Assembly: GCA_951406725.2 (NCBI GenBank)
Contig: OX597822.1
Coordinates: forward strand, 82,708,001-82,772,000
DNA length: 64,000 nt
Origin: Octopus vulgaris
Lineage: Eukaryota
Direction: 5' to 3'
This document shows positions 13,300-24,851 of this stretch, piece after piece; the first letter of the stretch is position 1, and each line of letters opens with the position of its first letter. Position numbers and translations under genes: made by a program. The notes beneath the pieces were generated by a model. That model was not told where the DNA came from and ran no database searches. It worked only from the letters and a program-made list of their open reading frames with translations.

Positions 13300-14850
13300 T
13301 ATGCTTATGTATGGATGCAAGTATTAACGTGTATATATCAATGTACATATAATACACTCGCGCGTGCATGCCTGGCACTTTAGGTAAGTGTCTTCTATAA
13401 CCCTGGATTAACCAGTGTCTTTTAAGTGGAATAGAGACAGAAATACTTGAGGTCCATCGTGTGCCCGTCCGCTCGCGTGCACGACAGCTGTTAACATTTC
13501 TCAGCTCCGCTTGTCATTTGCCTGAGCGAAACGGTGATGTGATGTTTGCATTACTTGTTGACATTACGACTGCTTACTCTGCATTTCTGAAGATTAGTGA
13601 AATAGAATAATCCCTTACTTGAAATAATGCAAGTCAGGTTTGACGACACTAAGGGCAGGTGTATGTAAAATGCCTGAAATCAGTCCCCGCCCTAACCATG
13701 CTAACGTGGAAGTACGCACCGGACGTTAAACAAACGAACTTGTTTGTGTGTGTGTACACTTCCATTTCCTTTCAATTCATTGATTTGCAACTAGTAGAAA
13801 AATGGATAAGTGAGATATAGCAGTCGTTATGAAACCTGCTAGCGATGTTTGTTTGTTTTTTGTTTTTTTTTTAATTAGACAAACCAATGTGTTCTTTCGG
13901 CCCGCAGCCATATATCGCAAATCACACCAGTCTTCGAAGAGAAAAGAACAGTGAAGAAAGAACACATCGGATAATTCTAAATAAATTTATGGCGAGTCTT
14001 GAATTGACGGGATAGTCTTCTTTTAAATATCAATTCTGCTTGACTTAGGCTAAACTTATCTGATTATAAAATGTAGGATTTATTCCCTTGCAAGGTTTTA
14101 CTTTATTTTTCTACGAATCTCTATAATGCACATGTCCCTCAGTTTCCATATATACCAAATGGCAAATTTTTGGCGAACTACCATTTGTGTTCAGTGTTAT
14201 GATTAGTGAAATGTTTTCCTATTTATTGATCTTTTTTTTTATTTTTAATCAAGTACTTTCAGTTGTGGGAGTAAAAAATAATTGTAATTTAAGGGAGGTA
14301 ACTTTGTTTAGTTACCTTTTTTTCCCACTTTTTCCTTCTTTCCAGCTGTCGCGGTTTAATTCTGTTGAAATAGAGTAAGATTTCAGTTTTCCCTCAGTCT
14401 GGGCCTACTGCTTCAGCGCAGAAAAAACTTCTTGTCTTAAAATTGATTGCATTTAGTTTAATTTCTCTTCTTAAAATTAATTATATTTAACTTGATTTCG
14501 AGTATATCTCGTCAGTAATCATAACATAACTGGATTTATTTTCACAACTTGACAGTCAATCGAAATGTTTACATTAACAGCGAGGTATAAACAATAATCT
14601 GGCGATGTGAATAATTATTTAACCCGTTTATGTACATTAATATTATATTAATGTTTCAGCTTTTATATTTAAAGCAGAAACAGTTGTAAAATTACAAAAC
14701 CCTACGAAATGTAATTAGTAATATGTAATCATTGGTTTCTCTATATTTTCAGTTTCCCCTCTTCGAGGATATAACTTTGAACCCCGGAGGTCTTCTGGAC
14801 CACCGCAACCGGAACATCTTCAGTCAGCGGTTTATACAAAGGTAAGAAAG
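13300..14850 (+). promoter_or_regulatory. CpG-retaining putative promoter / 5' region of the host gene
   Basis: Abrupt rise in CpG against CpG-poor flanks, including a SINE fossil (about 13375-13732) that kept its CpGs; directly upstream of exon 14753-14841; strong acceptor-like tract at 14313-14345. Confidence 0.45.
14753..14841 (+). CDS. Internal exon of an unidentified gene (probably xSPLRGYNFEPRRSSGPPQPEHLQSAVYTK; could be 5' UTR)
   Basis: Acceptor ttctctatattttcag, donor AAG/gtaaga, GC-richer than its flanks; phase-0 end joins 29599 in frame with no stop. Confidence 0.6.
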
Positions 14851-14959
14851 TTATTTTTGCCTTGTTTTGATTTTAATTAACTCTAATTATTAGAAGAATC
14901 TTTTTTAACAAAAGTTAGTGTGAGAGAGAGATAGAGAGAAAGAGAGAGAGATCTGAAGA

Positions 14960-15400
14960 GAAGACCTACACATGTCTGTTGCTTACACAGGCCTTCCCAG
15001 GGCAGTGAAATCAGTGTGGTTGGTGTTCTTTTTAAACAACTGATGGATAAATATGGGTAGGAGAGAGATCCAGGGAAGTGACAATTAGCAAAGAAAACGA
15101 TTGGGACAAGTGGTTATTTCAGAGTTTGAAGCAAGTAGATGCTACATGGAAACAACAGATGAGTGAAGTAGGCTTGGTTGAAAGTGGAGTTAAACCTACA
15201 AACTCTGTGAAACGAGGGTCATTTAGGAAAGGTAGAGAGGAAGCAACACGTCTGTGGGCCAGAGATCAGAATATGTTGTGAGACACTCTATGTTGATCAG
15301 TTGGATGGCCATTTTTTGGTATGTTACCTTCGATATTTGTGTGTTTATGAAGATATTTTACATCAAAGAGACGTATCTGAATTACGTATATAGATATTTG
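14960..15400 (-). mobile_element. CR1/L2/Jockey-group LINE ORF2 C-terminal fossil
   Basis: Minus strand gives, across frameshifts, HRR(V)ASSL...SF...LW.SLPTHI.P...FKKNTN; probably the same group as 63010-64000. Confidence 0.45.
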
Positions 15401-17114
15401 AATGTCCTTCTTAAGGACTATTAAAAAAGAAATTGTTTATGATTTGATTAACTCCAGTCATTTTCCGTATTATTTTCAGTAATAGTTGCTGAACTTGAAT
15501 TCATTGTATTTTATTGCACATGGAAAAATTTAATATACTAGTAGTATTTATTAGTACAGTAATTAATGCAAGTAATTAAAAACTTCTAATTTTTTAATGG
15601 ATGTTTTATGCTAAAAAACAAATAAATATAATCGGTCTCAAAAGCCAATGCTGACATTTATGGCCAAGTTACAGAAATATTAGAAACTGATTTATTAAAT
15701 ATTACTTTTTATTGTGTTCTGAAGTTTCTAGACATGAAAAAAGAAAAAAAACTACCTGCATGACTGTATTGAAGTTAAGATGATGGGTTGCAGTTTGCAT
15801 GGTCATTAGTTCAAACCTTACAGTTTGAACATGTTAGTTATGCCACTGAGCAAAGCAGCAAAAGTGCTTAATCTACTTGAGAGAAATAATCATCCATCAT
15901 TTTAAATCCAGGTTTTGTTCCCGTTAATAGAGGTGGCCAGATTTACCTCAATGCCATAGCAACCGCCCTCACACAATCTCACCCGGTTTTGGGCGTCCTC
16001 CCTTCTCAAGCCAACCCTCCCAATCTCCTCCTCCATTTTCCTCGGTCTACCCTGCTTTTGTTGTTCATTTACCTCAAACTCTAGTAAAATGTATTTTACT
16101 CAGTGTTTACATGAACAGAAATTCAAATACTAAGAAGAAATAGATGCAATAGATATATTTATATAGGTAGTGATAAATTTAAATTGTTGCAGATTATTAA
16201 GTATATATAATTCAATAGTCAACTTCAAAATGACAATTTTTTCAATGGAAATCTATATTTGCTAAAAGCTGACATAATGCATACAAATTTGAGTTCAATA
16301 CAGGCTATATTCAAAATGTAGAATAGTGTAGCACTTGATCAGGAAAATTTGTTTCACAAAGATTACATGTATTTTCTCTGTGTTTATTTCTAATTACTGG
16401 TATCCATCAATAAATTATTAGCCACGTTGACTCAATAGCTAAAGAAAATGAGTTTCTTACATTTACGCCTTCAAAAATCTATGATAACCTTGATTTTTCC
16501 TAAAATTTACTTCTTTTCTAAATAATTTACCACTATCAAGTGTTACACTACTAATTCTATGTGAGAGAAATGTATTGTAATTTCGGTGATTTCTATGATA
16601 TAATGCAACTTACTTCATTCATAACTAAATTTAAAATAAGATTAATCTTATTCTTCACACTTTCCCATTATTTCTCAATAATGTACCAAGTAGTAATTTC
16701 TTTTGTGTTCATAAAAGCTGTTATGGCTTTTATGCTTCAATCCAATATTTAGATTATCTGAACTTCATCTTTCTCAAATTAATGTTAACACATTTGATCT
16801 TTTTTTTTCTTTTCCTTTTTATTATTATTTTGGCACATTTTGTTCATTCTTAATTTTCAGTTTGTAGAGTGAGATATTGCTATGATAACAACCAAATCAA
16901 TAACACATGGTTTTTACATATATAGATTTTAGAGCTGGTTTTACAGGTTTTTATAGAGGTTTTTATACAGGGAGAATATTTTTGTTAACAACTTTCCTTT
17001 GCTATGAACTTACATCATCATCCATAACTTGTCACATAACACAGCATTTGTACCATTTTCTAATTGGCACAGTACTCTGGTAAGAAGTCCCCCCATCCAC
17101 CCTGGCCATGTTGC

Positions 17115-17337
17115 TTAACCTTTTCATTACTGTACTTATTTTGAGATGCTCTGTGTTTCCTTCAATTTATTTTAAATATAACAAAGAATTTAGTAAAATA
17201 ACTTAGTTATCATTCAGCTAGTGTTAGGAACATAAATTGTGACTCAGGTTTGGTGGAAGATTTTAATTCAAAACTTATGAAAACAAGACATTTGTACTCA
17301 GAGCCAGTTTCAGCCTGGCTGGTAACGAAAGGGTTAA
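17115..17337 (+). mobile_element. piggyBac MITE copy A
   Basis: TTAA-CCTTTTCATTAC ... GTAACGAAAGGG-TTAA: TTAA target sites and piggyBac-type termini. Confidence 0.9.
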
Positions 17338-17821
17338 GATTGATTCCATTGTATAGTAGTTTGGGTGTCTTTTATCACAGCCTCAGTTTAACCAAACTCT
17401 TGCAAGTGAGATTTGATAGACAAGCTATGTACAACAATTGCAGATACATATATCACCCTGGGATAGCAATATCTATGTTTAAGAAAAATACCTGTGATAT
17501 TTGGTTCTGTCTCAGTCACATCTTTTCGCACCTGTTCCACATTGCCTTTTTCTTCAATAAGAAGATTGACTAAATATCAGACAAAATATTGCAGCCAAAC
17601 TAGCCAACTAAAACAGTTGATGGTGGTACTCTTGCATAGTCTGCAGTTCAGTGACTGAAACTGATAATATTAAAATAAATTAAGTAAAAATAGTAAATAT
17701 GGAAGCCCTGCTGTTTGACATTCATTGTGTACCAAAAGCTTTTAGTCAACAATAGAATGCCTTCTGTATAAGAAAACTCCCCACTCAGTTCTTGTTCAGC
17801 CAATAATTCTGTATTTGGTAT

Positions 17822-18049
17822 TTAACCCTTTCGTTACCAACCCGGCTGAAACCGGCTCTGGTTCTGAGTACAAATGTCTTGTTTTCATAAGTTTTAAATT
17901 AAAATCTTCCACCAAACCTTAGTCACAATTTATGTTCCTAACACTAGCTTAATGATAACTAAGTTATTTTACTAAATTCTTTGTTATATTTAAAGTAATT
18001 GAAAGAAACACAGAGCATCTCAAAATAAATATAGTAACGAAAGGGTTAA
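17822..18049 (-). mobile_element. piggyBac MITE copy B, inverted relative to copy A
   Basis: TTAA-CCCTTTCGTTAC ... GTAACGAAAGGG-TTAA; interior is the reverse complement of 17115-17337. Confidence 0.92.
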
Positions 18050-18164
18050 AGGAATTTCAATGGATGTTAAGATGCACTTGATTTCCAATGATATCTTACT
18101 TTACCAGCTTCATAATTAAAAAGATCATATTTCTGTTGTTTTAAGTATAACCATTTTTTGTTCA

Positions 18165-18166
<2 letters not shown>

Positions 18167-18246
<80 letters not shown>

Positions 18247-18339
18247 ACTCACTCACTCACTCACTCACTCACTCACTCACTCACTCACTCACTCACTCAC
18301 TCACTCACTCACTCACTCACTCACTCACTCACTCACTCA

Positions 18340-18378
<39 letters not shown>
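18167..18378. repeat. Compound microsatellite (CT)n-(CACT)n-(CA)n
   Basis: Directly visible. Confidence 0.95.
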
Positions 18379-18380
<2 letters not shown>

Positions 18381-19520
18381 CCAAGTCCCTTAACTTGGTA
18401 TGTTTTAACCTCTTATTAGATTTCAAATTTTGGCACAAGGCCAGCAGTTTTTAACAAGAGAAAGAGAGTCAGTTATATCAACCCTTGTGATCAACTGGTA
18501 CTTATTCTATCAACCTCACACAAATGAAAGGCAAAGTCGGCCTTGGTGGAATTTTGCCTCAGAACATAAAGCCAGAAGAAATGCTGCTAAGTATTTTATC
18601 CAGCATACTAATGATGTTTCCGGTTTATTGCCTTAATCTCTTATTAGATTAATGCAGGTTATTAGATGTTTAACAAATGCATCTGGTTGGTGAATGTAGC
18701 ATTGTTCACAGGTTTATGGAAACAGAATTTATTGTAGCTACTACAATTCATTGTAGAACAGGTCTCTCTGATAGATTAACAAGTGTTTGGAAAGTATTGA
18801 TTAGTCTTTTTCTATGATATTGTGTGTGTGTGGTGTTCCATTGTCTAACAGTATTTTCTGTTCTAGTGCAGAACATATTTGCACTCTGTAAATGTTTATC
18901 CACTGCTCCGGACTGGAGTATTTTTGACTCTTATGGTGGAAAAATGAACCCCTGTGAGGAACTCTTAGTAGCAGAGAATGTAGTTATTGGAGATTATTAG
19001 CAACATCTAAATAAATTTTTGCTTATTTAGTTGCATATTGTTTTATGAATAAAGTTGTATTCTTCGAATGTTTAGGGTTGTTTTTTTTTATGTTTAAATG
19101 ACTGAGCCACCTTTTCATAAACAATGCACAGAATTAGGGGAAGTTATTGAGCCCATCTTCAATTGAACCTATTTTATGTCTTAAGTTTGGGAACAGAAAT
19201 GGTTAACGCTTATAGTGAGTAGCTTCTTCACATAGGGTAAAGATGATCAAGCTCCTCTGATAAAAGAGGGGTTTGCAAGTGTGAGTTCACTTACCCCACA
19301 CTACAATCTACCAATTTTACTCACAAAGTATTGGTTAGCCTGCAACTGAGTGTACCAGCTGACAACATTTATGCAGTGGTACTGAACCCCCTAATTGCAG
19401 CAAACTTCTTAACCATACTGCTATGTTTGTGCTGATACCCATAATCGTTTCTTTTTTACTGTTAATTCCTGCCTTATTACTCCTAGTAAAAGGCATTATT
19501 GCTATGCTAGTTACTTTCTT

Positions 19521-20692
19521 CATTCATCATCGTCATTTAATATCCGCTTTCCATGATGGCATTAATAGTGTGTGCTGGGTGCTTTTTATGCAGCACATGT
19601 GTGTTAACACAGCACCGATATGGGTGCCTTTTAAGTGGCACCAGCACCTGAAAGGATAATCCTGTATGTGTGGAAGGCAGTGGTTTTACTTACTTGATTT
19701 ATCATATCAAGTACAGCAAATTGTCACATCTACCAGTCCCTTATCATATCCTTAATGAGGCCCAACATCCAAAGATCCTTTCTCACCACTTTGTCCCATG
19801 TCTTCCTGGATCTACCCCTTTCACAAGTATCTTCCGCAATTAGAGCTTGGCACTTCTTTATGCTGCTGTCCTCATTCATACACATCACATGACCAAACCA
19901 GTGTTGTCTTCTCTCTTGCACACAACATCTGATACCTTTTATTCCCAGTTTTCCTCTTAAATCATTTACACTTGGTCATGCATGCAAACTGACATTACCC
20001 ATCCAACAGAGTATGCTAGCTTCATTTCTTTCAAGCCTTTGCAAATCCTCTGTAGTTACAGCCTATGTCTCACTGCCATGAAGCATACCTGTTCATACAC
20101 TGGCATCATATGATCTACCTTTTACTCTGAGGGAGAGGCCCTTAGTTACCAACAAAGGTAGAAGCTCTCTGAACTTTGCCCAGCCTATTCTTATCCTAGC
20201 AACTACACTTTCAGAACTCCCTCCCCCCACTGCTAACTTGGTCTCCTAGGTAACAGAAGCTATCTACTACTTCTCATGATCCACCCAAGCATTTGAGTGA
20301 GCCTATTGTCTGTGTGTTTTTAGTGCTTATTGTACCAGCACATTTGCCACACTTTGATACCGTTGCACCTCCTATGTGTCCAAAACTTGCACTGGGTACA
20401 ACATATGACAGTTCTACCAATGCCCTTCTTACATCTCAAACAGGGCCATCTCCTAGAAGTGACTTGTGATTTGTCTGTTTTCCTACTGACTAGGACTTTG
20501 GTTTTTGTTAAATTAACCCTAAGGCCCTTAGATTCCAGACCTTGTTTCCACACCTGAAATTTCTTCTCTAGGTCAGAAAGTGATTCAGCTATAAGAACAA
20601 GCTCATCAGCATAGAGGAGCTCCGAAGGACAGCCGGTCTTGAATTCCTCTTTTAAGGTCTGGAGGACTAAGGTAAACAGGAGGGGTCTGAGC
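19521..20692 (-). mobile_element. Older 5'-truncated RTE LINE with a disrupted ORF2
   Basis: Colinear with the 538-aa ORF: LLYADE, WKQGLESKGLRVNLTKTKVLV, WPCLRC..CTQCKFWTHRRC, WFGHV, GRSRKTW; (CAT)n tail near 19521. Confidence 0.92.
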
Positions 20693-21028
20693 TAATTAAA
20701 ATATTTAAGATAAACAATACAGGAATCTAACAGATAAAGTGTTAGGCTTTTAATTCCCCCCACTCTTTAGTTTGTATCCCATTTCACTTATTTTCCAGTA
20801 CTTGATGGAAAACATTTAACTGTAGTTGCTTCAGTGTCCATGTCCAAGATGATGCATTTTGCTTTCATATTTACTCAAATCTTCTCCAAGTGGACTTATT
20901 AAAATTTTGTACACAGATATGTACCAAAAATACTTGGAAAATAAGTATGATGACTTAGAAACCCATCAGTATCAGAATTTCTATCCCAGAAATATACTTT
21001 GTTGGTTTTAAGTTGCTAAGTTTTGAAT

Positions 21029-23259
21029 CATCATCATCATCATCATCATCGTTTAGCGTCCGTTTTCCATGCTAGCATGGGTTGGACGGTTCTACTGGGG
21101 TCTGTGAAGCCAGAAGGCTTCATCAGGCCCAGTCAAATCTGGCAGTGTTTCTACGGCTGGATGCCCTTCCTAACGCCAACCACTCCGTGAGTGTAGTGGG
21201 TGCTTTTTACGTGCCACCCGCACTGGTGCCAGACAGAGCTGGCAAACGGCCACGAACGGATGGTGCTTTTTATGTGCCACCGGCACGAGGGCCAGGCGAG
21301 GCTGGCAACGGACACGAAACGGGGCGGTGCTGGCAACGGTCGCGAAACGGAAAGTTCTCTTACATGCCACCGGCACTGGTAACACATCTGCAATTTCCAT
21401 TGATCGATTTCCATTGATCGATTTCGATTCTGATCCTCACTTGCCTCAATGGGTCTTCACAAGCAGAGTTTTGACATGCCACCGGCACTGGTAGCACATC
21501 CGCAATTTCCATTGATCGATTTCGATTCTGATCCTCACTTGCCTCAACACGTCTTCACAAGTAGAGTTTTGTGTCCCAAGAAGGGAAGGTATGCATACGT
21601 AGGCCGGCTCCATCCCATGTAGAAGGCCACGGGTTATGGACTCACTTGTCCTGCCGGGTCTTCTCGCGCACAGCAGACTTCCAGAGGTCTCAGTCTCTAG
21701 TCATTTCCTCAGTGAGACCTAAAGTTCGAAGGTCGTGCTTCACCACCTCGTCCCAGGTTTTCCTGGGTCTGCCTCTTCCACAGGTTCCCTCAACCGCTAG
21801 GGTGTGGCACTTTTTCACACAACTATCTTCATCCATTCTCGCCACATGACCATACCAGCGCAAACGTCTCTCTTGCACACCACAACTGATGCTTCTTAGG
21901 TCCAGCTTTTCTCTCAAGGTACTTACACTCTGCCGAGTGTGAGTACCGGCATTACACATCCATCGGAGCATACTGGCTTCATTTCTAGCGAGCTTACGCA
22001 TATGCTCAGCAGTCACGGCCCATGTTTCACTGCCCTGTAGCATGGCTGTTCGTACACACGCATCATACAGTCTGCCTTTCACTCTGTGCGAGAGGCCTTT
22101 TGTCACCAGCAGAGGTAAGAGCTCTCTGAACTTTGCCCAAGCTATTCTTACTCTAGCAGTTACACTTTCAGCACACCCGCCCCCGCTGCTGACTTGGTCA
22201 CCTAGGTAACGGAAACTATCAACTATTTCTAGTTTTTCTCCCTGGAAAGTGACGGAAGTTGGTCTCAGAGCATTTTCAGTGTTTATTGTTCCTGAGCATC
22301 TGCCACATACAAAAACCATCTTCCTAGTTAGCCTTCCTTTGACATTGCTGCATCTCTTATGTGTCCATAGCTTACACTTGGTGCATCTTATAGAGTTTCT
22401 ACCTACACCTTTTCTACAGATCGAGCAGGGCCATCTACCTGAAGGTGTTTGTGATTTGTCTACCTTCCTACTGATTACGACTTTGGTTTTAGCTAGATTG
22501 ACTCTGAGGCCCTTCGATTCTAATCCTTGTTTCCACACCTGAAACTTCTCCTCCAGTTCTGATAGCGACTCAGCAATTAGAGCAAGGTCATCAGCATAGA
22601 GGAACTCCCAAGGGCATCCTGTCTTGAATTCCTCCGTTATTGCCTGGAGGACTATGATAAATAGGAGGGGGCTGAGTACTGAGCCTTGGTGGACTCCTAC
22701 CTCTACCCGGAATCCTTCACTGTACACATTTCCAACCCTCACCCTACTAGCGGCGTCCCTATACATGGCCCGCACAGCTCTCACTAACCATTCATCTATC
22801 CCTAGTTTCCTCATTGCCCACCAGATAAGGGATCTGGGGACCCTGTCGAAGGCTTTCTCCATGTCAACAAAAGCCAGGTACAGGGGCTTATCTTTGGCTA
22901 GGTATTTCTCCTGCAGCTGCCTTACCAGGAATATAGCATCAGTAGTACTTTTCCCTGGCACAAACCCAAACTGCATCTCATCTAAACTAACTCTCTCTCT
23001 AATTAGTTGGGCTATGACCCTCTCCGTAACCTTCATCACCTGGTCCAACAGCTTGATACCTCTGTAGTTATTTGTATCTAGGGCATCACCTTTACCTTTG
23101 TAGCAGTTGACTATTATACTGCTACACCAGTCATTGGGTATGACCCCTTTGTGTATCACCTGATTAACTATACGGGTGACTAGGCTATAGCCGACACTAC
23201 CAGACATTTTGAGCATCTCTGCAGTGATTCCTGATGGGCCTGGGGCTTTCCCTGTCTTC
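21029..23259 (-). mobile_element. Young 5'-truncated RTE-clade LINE
   Basis: RT ORF, ~600-nt 3' UTR, CCATGCTAGCATGG terminal hairpin, (GAT)n tail, CpGs retained; candidate TSD TTGAAT at 21023-21028 and 23260-23265. Confidence 0.96.
21644..23259 (-). pseudogene. RTE ORF2 reverse transcriptase, N-terminally truncated (no APE endonuclease), with an embedded PHD-type finger
   Basis: Motifs KAPGPSG, NYRGIKLL, QFGF, FVDMEKAFDRV, GVHQGSVLSP, YADD (22587-22598), FRYLG, WYGHV, RGRPRKTW. The first ~15 aa of the supplied ORF come from AT-rich flank. The TGA at 21690 may be a CGA>TGA change, since the frame continues DLWKSAVREKTRQDK*. Confidence 0.95.
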
Positions 23260-24004
23260 TTGAATATATATATATAAATAAATAAATAAATAAAAAAATT
23301 TCTCAATTAATGCACATTAACAGTAATATCCACTGCAGCAATAAAATACCAAATGTTTCAGCAGATTTATTGGTCAAGTAAGGAAAGAAGATAGCTACTA
23401 TTTATAATATCTAATCCGTAATTGAATGAAACACTTTTGCAGTTTTTTTTTCCTTTTTTTTTTCCTTGTAAGCATAATTATTGAGTTTGACTCTTGATGA
23501 CTTTCAAACCAGTCAATTTAAATGGAGCTGGAAGTAATAAGCTCTTATTACTGGTGAATGGTATGGTGTTAAGGAGACTGACATAGCAGTGATAACTACT
23601 TCATTTGAAATGTAATCAAGTGTTGAGAAGTATTAAGTGGAGAATTAACACTTTCAGATATTAATTTGCTGGTAGAGAAAAAAATTTAATCAAACAAGAT
23701 GTACACTTAGATTGAAAAGGAAAAAAATGTTGAAAGTGATGTAGATATTTTTTTAACATTTAACATCTACAAAATACAACAATGCTACTTCAAAAGTGAA
23801 GTTTTAATAATTCAAATTTAAACTGATAATGTAATAAGGCTACATAGAGATTGATAAAAAAATGTTTTGAATTGATTTGACAAAAAGCTTTAAAAGGAAA
23901 CATGCATCCATTTCTACTAAAGACACACACACATATACATGATGGATTTTCACATCATTAACAACAAATGAGGATTCAGTAAAATAAAGCAGTAATCATG
24001 TTCT

Positions 24005-24632
24005 ATGGACACAAATGTGTCTCTCAAGGCCTGCTGGTGCCTTGCAAACCTTTTGGCAAAAGGAACAAGTTGGGGAATCGGTTTGCTCTAGTGCTTGTGA
24101 AGCATTTACTATGTGTTTTCTTGAGTGGATGGCAAGACCTGCTTTGCGTCATGCTACAGAACTATAATGACAGGTAAGATTTCCATTTAGAAGAGCAGCA
24201 TTTTGCCAGTATGCTTCATGCTTGCACAAAGTTGGTACCGATGTTGGAGTTGACTTTGCTCAAATCTTTGAACTGAAGAGAAGCAGGACTGGCATCAAGT
24301 CCTCTCTTCTGATGCTTTGTTTTCCCAGGAAGAAAAGGGAATGTTGCATCGCTTCAGATTGTCTTTCAGTTTATCTTTGAAGTGCAAGAGTGGTCTTCCA
24401 ACTGACCTTCCTATTGAGAATTGGCCAAAGAGAAGTATCATTCATATGTGAGAGATGACCTGACCATCTAAACTGTTTTTAGATGAGGATGGCTTCAATA
24501 CCTGACATGTTGCAGTTTGTTAGCACCTCACTGTTATGAATATGGTTACTTGGTTTTATGTTGGAAATAGCACAAAAGCATCAAGCTGGTTGATGTGCTT
24601 TCAGTACAAGGTCCAGGATTCAGCACCATAAA
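24005..24632 (-). mobile_element. RTE-BovB-like LINE 3' fossil
   Basis: Minus strand: WSGHLSHMND..., LHFKDKLKDNLK and C-terminal C2H2-like CSFCQKVCKAPAGLERH. Confidence 0.7.
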
Positions 24633-24675
24633 GCAATGATGTCAAAACCACCGTCTTATATAGATCATTTTTCAC

Positions 24676-24851
24676 CTTCAATGATATGTCATGGCTGTTC
24701 CAAACCCAGGTTCGAAATTTCCCCAAGACACCTGATGAAGGCTGGGGAGTATATCAGCCGAAATGTTGTTAACAACAAACAAGATAAGGACAAATGTCCG
24801 TCAAATGTAAATAATGTACATAATTCCTCATTTCTTAAATATAGAACTGTA
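24676..24851 (+). mobile_element. Penelope-like element terminal repeat fragment
   Basis: Hammerhead-like motif followed by an AT-rich tail, the usual layout of PLE pseudo-LTR remnants. Confidence 0.6.
24726..24772 (+). ncRNA. Degenerate minimal hammerhead ribozyme motif
   Basis: CTGATGA-A-GGCTG-(10 nt loop)-CAGCC-GAAA-TGTTG; helix II is a perfect 5 bp; helices III and I appear damaged. Confidence 0.6.

Noticed and set aside
14564-14584. ATG-containing first coding exon (MFTLTA, donor GAG/gtataa)
   Set aside because: A phase-2 splice to 14753 gives a stop within seven codons; at most a uORF or UTR exon.
22249-23067. + strand ORFs of 97 and 147 aa
   Set aside because: Antisense shadows of the RT frame.
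23260-23306. N-terminus MRNFFIYLFIYIYIF of the 538-aa ORF as a real start or signal peptide
   Set aside because: It is AT-rich flank beyond the truncation point and candidate TSD, and it starts at TTG.
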